Assembly (NCBI GenBank): GCA_977017645.1
Contig: OZ360220.1
Coordinates: 137,826,001 to 137,890,000 of the forward strand
Direction: 5' to 3'
Source of the DNA: Torpedo marmorata
Lineage: Eukaryota
Length of the DNA: 64,000 nt
A program made the position numbers and the translations under genes. Below are positions 12,981 through 24,667 of the stretch, piece after piece. The notes under the pieces are model-generated. The model saw only the letters and a list, made by a program, of their open reading frames with translations, was not told where the DNA came from and did not search any database. Each line of letters starts with the position of its first letter. Position 1 is the stretch's first letter.

Positions 12981-14030
12981 GTAAACACGAAAGTCTGCAG
13001 ACACCGTGGTTGAAGTGAAAACACAATGCTGGAGAAACTCAGCAGGTCAAACAGTGTCCTTTATATAGCAAAGATAAAAATATATAACTGACGTTTCAGG
13101 CTTGAGCCCTTCATCAAGGTATGGAAAAATGTCGGCAGGCATCCGAATAAAAGGGTAAGGGGGAGGTGTGGTCGCAAAGGCAGGAGGCAATAGGTGGAGA
13201 AGGGAGGGAGGGGACAGCAGCGAGCAAGGGGAGCAGGGATGGCTAGATGAATAGAGAAGGAAGGGGTTGGAGAGCTGACAGGGGGAAGGGAAGGGAGGGG
13301 GAAAGGAGAGCAGGTTAGCAGAAACCAAAAAAGTCGATGTTAATCCCATCCGGCTGGAGAGTGCCCAGATGGAAAATCAGGTGTTGTTCCTCCAATTTAC
13401 GGGTGGTCTTGGTGGGATTGTACATGAGGCCATTGACAGACATGTGAGTATGGGAGTGTGACACAGAACTGAAATGGTTGGCCACTGGGAGGTCTCTGTC
13501 ACTGGTGTGGACGGAGCGAAGGTGCTCAGTGAAGCGATCTTCCAATCTGCGCGCTGTCTCTCCGATGTAGAGAAGGCCACAAAAGGAGCACCGGATCAAT
13601 CCTGAGGATATACAAGTGAAGTGTTGCTTCACTTGAAAGGCCTGTTTGGGGCCCCGGACTGTGGTGAGGGAGGAGGTGTGGGCGCAAGTGTGGCTCCTCC
13701 TGCGGCCACAGGTGAAGGTGCCCGGGGGGGGTGATTGGTGGTGAGGGATGAGTGCACAAGGGAGTCACGGTCCCTACGGAAGGCAGAGAGGGGAGGAGAG
13801 GAGTAGATGTGTCTAGTAGTGGGATCCTGTTTAAGTGTTGGAAATTCCAGAGGATAATGTGTTGGATATGGGATCCACGCCTCCCCCCTTACCCTTTTAT
13901 TCGGACGCCTGCCGACATTTTTCCATACCTCGATGAAGGGCTCAAGCCCGAAACGTCAGTTATGTATTTTTATCTTTGCTATATAGGACACTGTTTGACC
14001 TGCTGAGTTTCTCCAGCATTGTGTTTTTAC
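12981..14030 (-). mobile_element. Penelope-like element (GIY-YIG endonuclease remnant) with inverted terminal repeat copy and TSD
   Basis: CGLLYIGETARRLEDRFTEH...VANHF...EQHLIFHLGTLQPDGIN on the minus strand; about 150 bp inverted repeat (13015-13165 vs 13880-14030); TSD TAGGAGATATGGCAGAA / TAGAAGATATGGCAGAA. Confidence 0.9.
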
Positions 14031-14670
14031 TAGAAGATATGGCAGAATCTCTCATGCTCCACTTCAAACAGTTCTTGCTAATTGGGCCAACAGCGCCTAG
14101 AGCTAATGTCTCATCTGAAAGATGGCACTTTGACAATGCAGTAGTTGCTCAGTTCTGCGTTGAAATGTCAACCTGGATCTGCTGTTGGGCGGGTGGGGGG
14201 GGGGGAAGGAATCTTGTTCGCTCAAACTTCTGGTATCACGATGGTGTTATCTGTCCTCCCATGCTCCCTCCGAAGGGTGCTTAACATCTGAATCAGTGTA
14301 AAATGGGCCCAGACCTTGCATATACTTCTCCTATGGTGACCGAGGTTATTTATAATTCTTGTGCACAGAATTATCAAATGATTCACACGCCCTTTGAGAA
14401 TTCCTGATCCATTGTGACAAATGATGAACCACTGTTAGTGTACAAGATTCATTTGCTAATCTGACCACAAATGATGAGGCAGATGAATGCCAGTGGAAAA
14501 TAACTTTGCAGTGTTCTTTTACTTTAATGACTGTGCTTTCCATCTCTACACTCCATGATTCCCATTCATGCCACACCCATCCCTTCAAACACTCTCCTCA
14601 GTCACAGGCTGGATTCTAGGTTCCAGGTTGAAGTGACTAGTGACTTGTTCTAAATTAAATTTATTTTTTA

Positions 14671-14919
14671 AAATTTAGACACACAGCACGGTAACAGGCC
14701 ATTTCGACCCACGAGTCCGTGCCGCCCAATTTACACCCAATTAACCTACACCCCCGGTATGTTTCGAACGTTGGGAGGAAACCGGAGCCCCCGGGGAAAA
14801 CCCTCACAGACATGGGGAGAACATACAAACTCCTTACAGACAGCGCGGGATTCGAACCCCGGTCCCAATCGCTGGCGCTGTAAAGGCGTTGTGCTAACCG
14901 CTACGCCAACCGTGCCACC
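14671..14919 (-). mobile_element. HE1-like tRNA-derived V-SINE
   Basis: A/B boxes, V-domain-like GGAGTTTGTATGTTCTCCCC...GGTTTCCTCCCA, CR1-like tail; close to the 33255 copy. Confidence 0.85.
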
Positions 14920-14949
14920 TCCGCTACACCAACCATTCCACCCATGTGA

Positions 14950-15290
14950 TGCAATGGCCAAGAAAGTGCACCAGCACCTCTACTTCCTCAGAAGCCTGAG
15001 GAAATTTGGCATCCCTTAACTTCTCTGAGTGCACCATGGGTGCATCACTGCTCCACCCAAGACTCAAGAAACTGCAGAGAGTTGCGAATTTGTTTCAGTC
15101 CACAGACGCTCTCCTCCACGACTCATCTATAACTTCCTAACTTCCGCTACCTTGGAAAAGCAGCCAACATATTAAAAGACTCATCCTACCCTACACACAC
15201 TTTCTACACACCCCTCCCGCCAGGAAGATTATTCACCATTCTGAGGCCACCCAATTCAAGAACAGTTTCTTTCCCCCTGTTAATCTATTC
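14950..15290 (+). mobile_element. old Rex/Babar fragment
   Basis: AKKVHQHLYFLRSLRKFG and downstream similarity to 3940-4320. Confidence 0.65.
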
Positions 15291-15409
15291 CTGACTCAAC
15301 CCCAAAATAGTAAAGTCTGCAGATGTAGTGATTGTAGTAAAAACACAAAAAAATGTTGGAGGTAAAGAGATATAATGAACGTTTCGAGCCTGAGCCTGAC
15401 CTTGACAAA

Positions 15410-17213
15410 GGCTCCAAAAAGGCTCCAAAAGTAATCCTGGAAATTATAGGCCGGTGAGCCTGACATCAGTAGTAGGCAAATTATTGGAAGGTGTTCTAAG
15501 AGATCGGATATACAAGTATTTGGATAGCCAGGGACTGATTGGGGATAGTTAACATGGCTTTGTGCGTGGTAGGTCGTGTTTAACCTATCTGATACAGTCT
15601 TTTCAAGGAGGTTGCCGTGGGTCCTGGTGCGGACCCGCGGGCAGCGAGGGAGCGGAGATACTGCGCTACCGCGGGGTCCAGCCGCCCAGACGACTGCCGT
15701 CGGTTCCACACGGGCTTTGAACGGCCCGTTAAAGGAGCCGACGGTGGTTTTATTTACGATCCCGCGACCGCGGGGTCTGCGCCCAAGATGGCAGCACCTT
15801 TTAACTGGCAGCAGCCACGAGGGGCTGCAGACTCCGGGGAAGCGGAGGACTGGAGCAGGGCACCAGAGGATGGAAAGATCACCCCCCGTCTGAGAAGGAG
15901 AAGCGGAAGAGACGACCCACGGGACGGTGACCACGGCGGCGGACCGGTGAGGGGATCTGAGGCTGAAGGACCAGTGCATGCAGCGGGCTGCTGGCGACTC
16001 AAGGCGAGGAATCCGCGGAGGCTGTGGGCTGCTGGAGACTGCTGTCGGGGGACTCACGCCGGGCTGCGGACTGCTGGAGGCTGGCTCGAACTGGCTGGAG
16101 GAGTACCAGGTATCGGAACCGGGATGCGAGGGGGTGCCGAGGGCGACCTGACTGTGTTGGAGGTTCGGATCTGGAGCTCGGGATGCCGATCGTTTGGACT
16201 GGACTCTGTGTGGCTGCAGAGGCTGCGGAAGCGCTGGAGGCGAATCTATGGACACTTTCTTTTGATTCTCTTTCTCTGACTGTAAGGAATGTTAGAGGTG
16301 CTTAGGCAATTTCTGCCGGTGGCGAATCTGTCTGCCTTGCAGCAGGCAAAAAGAAATTTCATGGAATATGACACTGTCTTATTACTATGACAATAAATTG
16401 AATCTTGAATCTTGAAAGTTGATGAAGGAAAGGCTGTGGATGTTGTCTACATGGACTTTAGTAAGGCCTTTGTCAAGGTCCCACATGGGAGGTTAGTCAG
16501 GAAGATTCAGAAGCTCGGTATTCATGGTGAGGTAGTAAACTGGATTCGACATTGGCTATACGGGAGAAATCAGAGAGTGGTGGTGGATGATTGCTTCTCA
16601 GACTGGAGGCCTGTGACTAGTGGTGTGCCTCAGGGATTGGACCATTGTTGTTTGTCATCTATATCAATTATCTGGATGATAATGTGGTAAATTGGATCAG
16701 CAAGTTTGCTGATGTCACTAAGATTGGAGGCGTTGTGGACAGCGAAGAAGGTTTTCAAAGCTTGCAGAGGGATCTGGACCAGCGGGAAAAATGGGCTGAA
16801 AAATGGCAGATGGAATTTAATGCAGACAAGTGTGAGGTGTTGCATTTTGGAAGGATAAACCAAGAAAGGACATACACGGTATGAGGGGAGATTTGATAGA
16901 GATATTTAAAATTAAGAGGGATATAGACAGAGTAAATGTAGGTTTAGGGTGAATAGGGAAAGGTTTAGGGGGAACATGAGGGGGAACTTCTTCACACAGT
17001 GAGTGGTGGGAGTGTGGAATGAGCTTCCAGCTGAAGTGGTGAACGCAGGCTCAATTTTAACATTTAAGAAGAATTTGGACAGGTACATGGATGGGAGGGG
17101 TATGGAGGGCTACGGACTGGGTGCAGGTCAGTGGGACTAGGCAGAAAAATAGTTTGGCACAGAATAGAAGGGCCAAAGAGCCTGATTCTGTGCTGTGATG
17201 TTCTATGGTTCTA
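15410..17213 (+). mobile_element. CR1 fragment (same family as 1-2780), interrupted by an insertion at 15617-16415
   Basis: Colinear with 1398-2780, with an internal deletion at about 16880. Confidence 0.88.
15617..16415 (+). mobile_element. GC/CpG-rich non-autonomous retroposon with AATAAA-(TTGAATC)n tail
   Basis: Splits the CR1 RT sequence; its tail is shared with a short copy at 19715-19782 and resembles Rex/Babar tails. Confidence 0.65.
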
Positions 17214-18926
17214 GATGCATAGCAGAGCACAGGGCCCTTGTTTCTAGTAGGGATAGGGTGTGGGTTGGGAAGTAGAAAAAGAATGAAGATGAAAATCATT
17301 ACATGTTTCCTCTCCTGGGAGTTTCCCTGGTCTTCACTGAGATGGTGCCATGTCAATCTGAACGGTCAGTGAGCAGCCAGGGAGGGTTCCAGCAGTGGCC
17401 AGTGGGATCACCCACTCCGCAAGGGGACTGCAAATCGAAAGGTATAAAGCTAGTTTTGGGGATGCTGTTCATTGGCCCATTCATTCTGGGACGAGGGAGG
17501 TAATTATCATCCACTGTTGGCCTTCAAAAGAATCCAGATCATCAGAGTAAATCATTCCCAGCAGTTTTATGCTCCGTTTGTTAATGGACTCACTATTTAA
17601 TTAAACAGAGGACATATATTGGCAAGGAAGGGGACTGAGAAATGTGTGCTGTGTAGATTGGTAGGGAGCATACTGGCCTGCTCACCATGGCTGTACACGT
17701 TCACTGAGACTTCATTGCATGCTCTCCCACCTCACCCTTCCCTTCCACCTAATCAAAAGCGGCCTTTTGTTTTTTGTTTCCCTGCTCCCCATTTCCTAGA
17801 TTTTTGACAACCAGCAAATGGATGCATTGAAAGAAAGTGGGTGTCTTTTGCTTTTAGGCATCAAACAATGTCAGTAAGATTAATGTTTCATTCCAGGGGG
17901 CTCCCACAGAAACCTAGAGGGCTGGCAACTCCAGACTATGTGTAGAGGAAAAGAAAACAATGACAGTCATGTGGCTGCAGGAAGGGGGAAGGGAAGCCAA
18001 TCCACATGTTGCTTCAGCTAATCACCCAATGCCAAGATCTGGCTCCAACTTCTGTTACTAAATTTTTTAGGCACTCTCACTGAGATACCGCTGCAGTTGA
18101 CACATTCTGAGTGTAATTTTCAATTTACTACTGAAGAATAAAACCGTGGGTCAGGAGTCCATTATAGGATCTGCCTAATTATCCTTTCATTGCTTCAAAG
18201 GAAAAGAACAGGAGGTTTCTATAAAGGGGGTCAACTCCTGTAGCTGGGCTAACATTCCAGCAATAAGTTGAAAGCACCTCCTCAGCTTCCCAGAATCTCT
18301 CTTTCTCATTCCCTGTCTCAATTGTTCATCGTCCGTCTCTGTCTCCCTTACATTCCCCTTTATTATGTTTTAGGTTCTTAGCCTCTTTAATTACATTCCC
18401 TCTTCCTTTTCTCTAACAAAGTAAATATGAAGGAATTGGTCTCTTCTGCATTTCAATCTTGTTCTCGCTCTGTTTATCTGTTTGAGGTGGATAAGGAGAG
18501 GAATGGAGAATAAAGCCACTGTGTGTATCACCCTTTGAGAAGCAATGAAACCAAGATGCCCAATCTCCGCTTCAGTGCCTGTGACTCAGTCCCTGATTGA
18601 GTGTCCCTGCTAATGTTAACACAGAACCATGTGGGCCCGCAACATCTGGATCCATTAACATGTGGGCCCGCAACATCTGGATCCATTAACTGGCTCAGTA
18701 GTGACTTCCTGCAGATGTAGAAGTATTCCATAGATCAACAGAATGAGGCAAAAAAACTGACATACTAAAGACTACAATTATAGACAAGAAAGCACATTCT
18801 TTTTCATTAACCCTCCAATTGCCAACATCTGGTACTCTTTAAATCACACAGTATCCCCTATTGTGAAGCATGGTTGCCAAAATACTGAGATTATAATTTC
18901 TTACACATTTAAACTATTGACTGTAG

Positions 18927-19104
18927 NNNNNNNNNNNNNNNNNNNNNNNNNNNNNNNNNNNNNNNNNNNNNNNNNNNNNNNNNNNNNNNNNNNNNNNNNN
19001 NNNNNNNNNNNNNNNNNNNNNNNNNNNNNNNNNNNNNNNNNNNNNNNNNNNNNNNNNNNNNNNNNNNNNNNNNNNNNNNNNNNNNNNNNNNNNNNNNNNN
19101 NNNN
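18927..19104. other. assembly gap (N run)
   Basis: Ns. Confidence 0.99.
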
Positions 19105-20367
19105 GGAATGTGTCCAGATGCCAGCTATACCCCCCACATTGATTCCCGCACCACAATGGAGTGGATGAGGTTGGGTTGGGCCAGTTCCAGACACTCCCCT
19201 ACAGGGAGGCACGCTCACTCCTGGGATGTAGGCAGACCATTTTCAAGAATGGCTCAGATAGTGCACTGGCAGGCAGTCCCTGTTGATTGGTTGCTCAAAT
19301 CGCATGGTATGGGGAAAGTCAAGTTAGAGACGGGATTAAAATCAATTAACATAGTACTGAATTAATTTAAAATAATGGAATTCATAGTGGGGCAGCCAGC
19401 TCAGAAAATTCCACAATCTCCTCATTTTCCACTCTGTCCAAACTATTTCAAATATTACTGGATTATTTTTTTAAAAAATAGGATCCACATATGCCTGGAA
19501 AAAAAATCAGATCAATGTTGTCATCATCAATTAGTTATTGCTATGAAATATTTGAAAGATAACAACTGGAAATGAAGATTTTTTAGAGAAATATAACTAA
19601 CTAACTGAGTTAGATTTCATCCCACAGAATGGCTTCTGAACTCATAACCTTTGGACTCAGAGACAAGCTAAGATCAACTGAGCCTGGGGCAGCCATTTTG
19701 GAACAGGGCCTGTTAGAGGCGTTAGGCAGTTTCTGCCAGTAGCGAATCTATTTTATTACTATGACAATAAATTGAATCTTGAAAACAGCAAAGCTATCCC
19801 ATCATGCACAGAGTGAAGCAGTCCCAACAGCAACGAGATTTGTTTAGATCATGTTCAGATACTTCCTTCCATTGGTGAGACATCCAGAGAAACTGGAGTC
19901 AAACCAGTGCATTCAATTTCTTCAATAAATTATTTTGTTCCTGCAAGTAGATTATTAAACAAAAAGCATAAGTCTGCCAACCATGCTTGGTGATATTCAG
20001 GGAAATTTTGTCACAACACCTGATTGCCCAGCACTTCAAACCTCATCATGCCCTACCTGCTAACACCAGTTAACTAAAAGGTATTGTCTGATTGGCTAAT
20101 GCATGACTACCAGTCAAACTCCCTTTTACATGTATACCATATTTTATAATGGCAAAATAGAATTGGAAAACAATTTTTTAAATAAAACAACTGTCTCCTG
20201 GGATTTACTCATAGATTTCCTGGAATTAATTAAAATGTTGTAGATTTGAGGGCAGTCGAAGGATGGTAATCCTAAATGGGCAGGTACAGTGAACTACACT
20301 TCTGCATCTTAAGGTTTTGCCCAAGAAACCAGATGTTGAAAAGGATCATGTCATTCAGAGGAGAGTA

Positions 20368-20516
20368 TGCGCACACACACATGCACACAACACACACGCA
20401 TAATCTGCTATGTGCACACACAGACACACACTCTCTCTCATGCGTACACACAGGCACAAACACATGCACCCACACATACCCCCATGTACAAACACGCGCG
20501 CGCACACACACACACT
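20368..20516. repeat. imperfect (CA)-rich microsatellite
   Basis: Interrupted CA/CG runs. Confidence 0.8.
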
Positions 20517-22099
20517 TGCAGCAACAGTTCATGGCAAGTCTCACTCTGTCCTCTTTTCATTAACTGTATGAGAAAACAGATTCTCCAACAGAAAATACAT
20601 CAAATACAAACTCCAGGTGGAAATATGCTTTAGACAATCCAGTAGATTTTAAGGAGTTAAACAGGAAAGTCTGCAGATGCTGTGATGTAGTGTGCAATAC
20701 ACAAAAGTACTGGAGAAACTCAGCAGGATGTAGAGGAAGTAAAAGGTAACCAGCGTTTCAGGCCTGAGCTCTTTGTCAAGGTATGACTAAAACAGGCAGG
20801 TACCTGAATAAAAAGGTGGGGGGGGGGGGGGGGAAGGGGGGGGGAGAGGAGAGGAGGGAGGAAGGAGCAGGAGGAGGAGTATAGGCTAACAGGTGAGAGG
20901 CCATGGGTTGAATTTATGTTTTGCCTCTAAAACTGAGCTAGAGTGTTATTGCAGCCAACAGCCTAGGCTTCAGATGTTTGTGGACTTCCATCCACCTACC
21001 TATTGTTCCTCTCTACCCCCACCCCCTTCACAATGTAAATGCACTGAGGCTGGAGACAACATGCAGGGGAATCATTTGCAAATACAGGAGAAAGAAACAA
21101 AAAAGTACTCAGAGATAAGCAATGAAATAAGGAGTGAGAGGGAAGTATAGGAGCTGAAGGTTCTTTAGTGCTGCCTACTAAAGCAAATACCAGAGGTAGA
21201 ATCACCAGTATCTTTAATTGAAGGCAGGCATCTCTCAAATAACAGCAGTGGGTGACACTACAATGTAGCAAAAGTCATCATGCATCAAACAATCAATTCT
21301 TAAAGGTGTGCACACTCACATCAGGAAGGTGTGAGTGGGGTGGGTGCTAGCCTGGTCTAACTTCCAGGCTGACATAAATTGCATGCATTCTTACAGCACT
21401 TTTCTTGACCTCAGGAAGACACAAAACACTTTATGGGCTATTTGGTGCTTCAGGTATGCAGTCACTTTTGAAATTATAGGAAATATGGCAGCATTTGTGG
21501 ATGGCACAATCCCACAATAATATTAAATGGTCCAGCGTGGGCGATGCTGAGTCCTGCCCAAATATGACAAACTGAGCGAGGCACCTCCAGACTCCTTCAC
21601 CCCCTGAGCCTCATTCAATATCATTCACCAAAAGGACGTTGGAGATCGAATCCTGGAAAGAAAAGCAGACTGGATCCAGTTTTTTAAAGTTTATTGTGTT
21701 AAATCTCTGACACAGGATAACCACTCCTTCTGGGGACTGCAGCACACTCCAGCTCTCCCCTCCACCAAGAGGAAATTTGTCACTTTTGAACAGGAAATTC
21801 TCTGGTGGAGAAAATCCAGAACTCTCCCAAGATCCCAGTAATGCCACCATGCATTTCTCACTGCGCCACAGGCAATGCATTGTGCTTAATGCAGCACAAG
21901 GTTATTCCTAAGAGGGTTTTGCATCTCCTTGCCCAAGAGCAAGTCTGGTCTCTCAAGCAGGCTTCGTAGCAAGAGGACCACAATGTTAACTATGAGAAAA
22001 GTACAAGAACTTTAACAGTTTTTTTTTTAAAGGCTATATATTTTAGCTCAGAACACCTCAAACTTTATAGGCAGTTACAACATTCAGCTATGAGTATTC

Positions 22100-23513
22100 G
22101 GTAGATGTGGTCTACATGGATTTTAGCAAGGCATTTGACAAGGTCCCCCATGAGAGACTCGTTCAGAAAGTGTTGAGGCATGGGATCCATGGAACCTTGG
22201 CTGTGTGGATAAAAAATTGGCTTGCAGGAAGAAAGCAGAGAGTAGTAGTGGAAGGAAAGTATTCTTCCTGGAGGTCAGTGACTAGTGGAGTGCCGCAAGG
22301 ATCTGTTCTGGGACCCCTGCTCTTTGTGATTTTTATAAATGACCTGGATGAAGAGGCGGAAGGATGGGACAGTAAGCTTGCGGATGATACGATGGTTGGA
22401 GGAGCTGAAGGTTGTTTAAGGTTACAAAAGGATATAGACAGGATGCAGAGTTGGGCAGAAAAGTGGCAGATGGAGTTCAATCCGGATAAGTGTGAGGTGA
22501 TGCATTTTGGAAGGACAAACCAGAAGGCTGAGTACAGGGTTAATGGTCGGTTACTTAAGAGTGTGGATGAACAGAGGGACCTTGGGGTCCAAATCCACAC
22601 ATCCCTCAAGGTCGCCGCACAGGTTGATAGGATAGTTAAGAAGGCCTATCGGATGCTGGGCTTCATTAATAGGGGGATTGAGTTCAAGAGTAGAGAGGTC
22701 ATGTTGCAACTCTACAAATCTCTGGTGAGACCACACTTAGAGTATTGTGTTCAGTTCTGGTCACCTCATTACAGGAAGGATGTGGAAACTATGGAGAGGG
22801 TGCAGAGGAGATTTACCAGGATGTTACCTGGATTGGGAAACAAGTCTTATGAGGCAAGGTTAGCAGAGCTGTGACTTTTCTCTTTGGAGCGTAGAAGGAT
22901 GAGAGGAGACTTGATAGAGGTCTACAAGATTATGAGAGGCATAGATAGGGTGGACAGCCAGCGCCTGTTTCCCAGGGCAGGAATAGCAAACACCAGAGGC
23001 AGGGGCATAGCCAGGTTCTAAAGTTAGGGGGAGCGAGCACATAAAAAAGGTGCCATGACACATGCCAGATGGTGAGCCAGTGGTTGAATGGCAGGCCGCA
23101 CTGATTTTTCGGCGGCGTCGGAGCGGTGGGGGGCGGCGTCGGACCGGGGGATGGGGGGAAGGCGCCACTTTTGAAAAATATGCTCAGGGAGAGCTCTTGC
23201 TCCCCCTGCACCCCCACTAGCTACGCCACTGACCAGAGGACATGAGTACAAAGTGAAGGGAGGGAAGTTTAGGGGAGACATCAGGGGTAACTTTTTTTTA
23301 CGCAGAGAGTTGTGGGTGCCTGCAATGCCTTGCCCGGGATGGTGGTGGAGCTGAAACATTTGGGGGATTTAAGAGACTCCTAGACAGGCACATGGATAGA
23401 AGAAAAATAGAGGGTTACGGGGTAGGGAGGGTTTAGTACTTTTTTTTAAAGGAATATATGGGTTGGCACAACATCGAGGGCCGAAGGGTCTGTACTGTGC
23501 TCTAATGTTCTAT
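22100..23513 (+). mobile_element. CR1 LINE 3' part (RT)
   Basis: VYMDFSKAFDKV...GVPQGSVLGP...LVRPHLEYCVQFW; CR1 3' tail. Confidence 0.92.
23000..23231. mobile_element. hAT-type MITE nested in CR1
   Basis: TIRs CAGGGGCATAGC / GCTACGCCACTG; perfect 8-bp TSD ACCAGAGG (22992-22999, 23232-23239). Confidence 0.9.
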
Positions 23514-24454
23514 GAAACACATGATGTTTATGCCACAGTAATTTCAGGCAATGACCATCTCCAACAAGAGATTAATCACTCACCTTTGAGATTCAATGGG
23601 TTTACCACTACGAACATTCTGTGGTCACCAGTGACCAGAAACGTGACTGCACCAGCCACATCATTGTGGCTACACAAGTGTGGCTACACGAGCAGGTCAG
23701 AGGCTGGTATTCTGTAGTAAGTGAAAAATGAGCTGCTGGAGGAACTCGGCAATTGATTCCGGTGTCTGCAGCCTCTTGTGTCTTCTGTTGTGATGACTCA
23801 TCTCCTGACACCCCAAATGACTTTCCATCATCTATAAATTAGGTTTAATGTCCAGTTGACTGGATAAATGCAGCTCCAACACACGCAGAAGTATGGGAAA
23901 TGTGAACACAATCAAGGTCTCTGTGCTTGAGTGAAATCCAGAGTTAAGGAAAAAAGACGAACTGGAAAGACCAAAATAGAAAGTAGCATCACTGAAAGAG
24001 ATGATGATCTGGGAGAATGACAGAAACAATTGTTGGAGGTAATATAATCAAGGGGTCTGTGGGGGGTCCATGGATTTGTGGTGGAAACTGGTCATGAAAC
24101 CTTTCCTTGCAACGGAGACAAAAGTTGAGAGATGGAGCAGGAAGAGAGAGCGTCTCTTAGTGAAATCACATCCAGGGTCCAGCAGTCGTGAATGAGCACC
24201 CCAATTAGCTGAAACAGGCTTTTCTGCTAATATTCTTAACCAATGAGATAATCTTTAAAAAATGCGTAGGTGGTTCAACAATGTTATTGGTAACCAGTAG
24301 GTGGAGCAAGAGTTAGCCATGGGCTTCACTGGAAGCTGATGTTTTCTGAAGCTAAACTGGAGCATGTAGGGAGGGTGCTGCGAAGTAGCCATTATAGGTG
24401 TGAGTATGGCAAAGGCATGTAGCAGCTTATATTTTAACCTATGACATAAGTAAA

Positions 24455-24667
24455 GGGCAGCGCGGTTACAAGGCCAGTGACCTGGCTTCAAATCCGCTGC
24501 TGTCTGTAAGGAGTTTGTATGTTCTCCCTGTGCCCGCGTGGGTTTCCTCCGGGTGCTCCGGTTACCTCCAATGTCGTATGGGTTAGTAGGTTAATTGGTC
24601 ACATGGGTGTATTTGGGTGGCACGGGCTCATGGGACGGAAGGACCTATTACTGTGCTGCATCTCTAA
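24455..24667 (+). mobile_element. HE1-like SINE (partial)
   Basis: GCTGTCTGTAAGGAGTTTGTATGTTCTCCC core and tail. Confidence 0.75.

Noticed and set aside
15296-16305. Overlapping 100-320 aa ORFs on both strands
   Set aside because: Expected from GC-rich repeat sequence; no recognisable domain.
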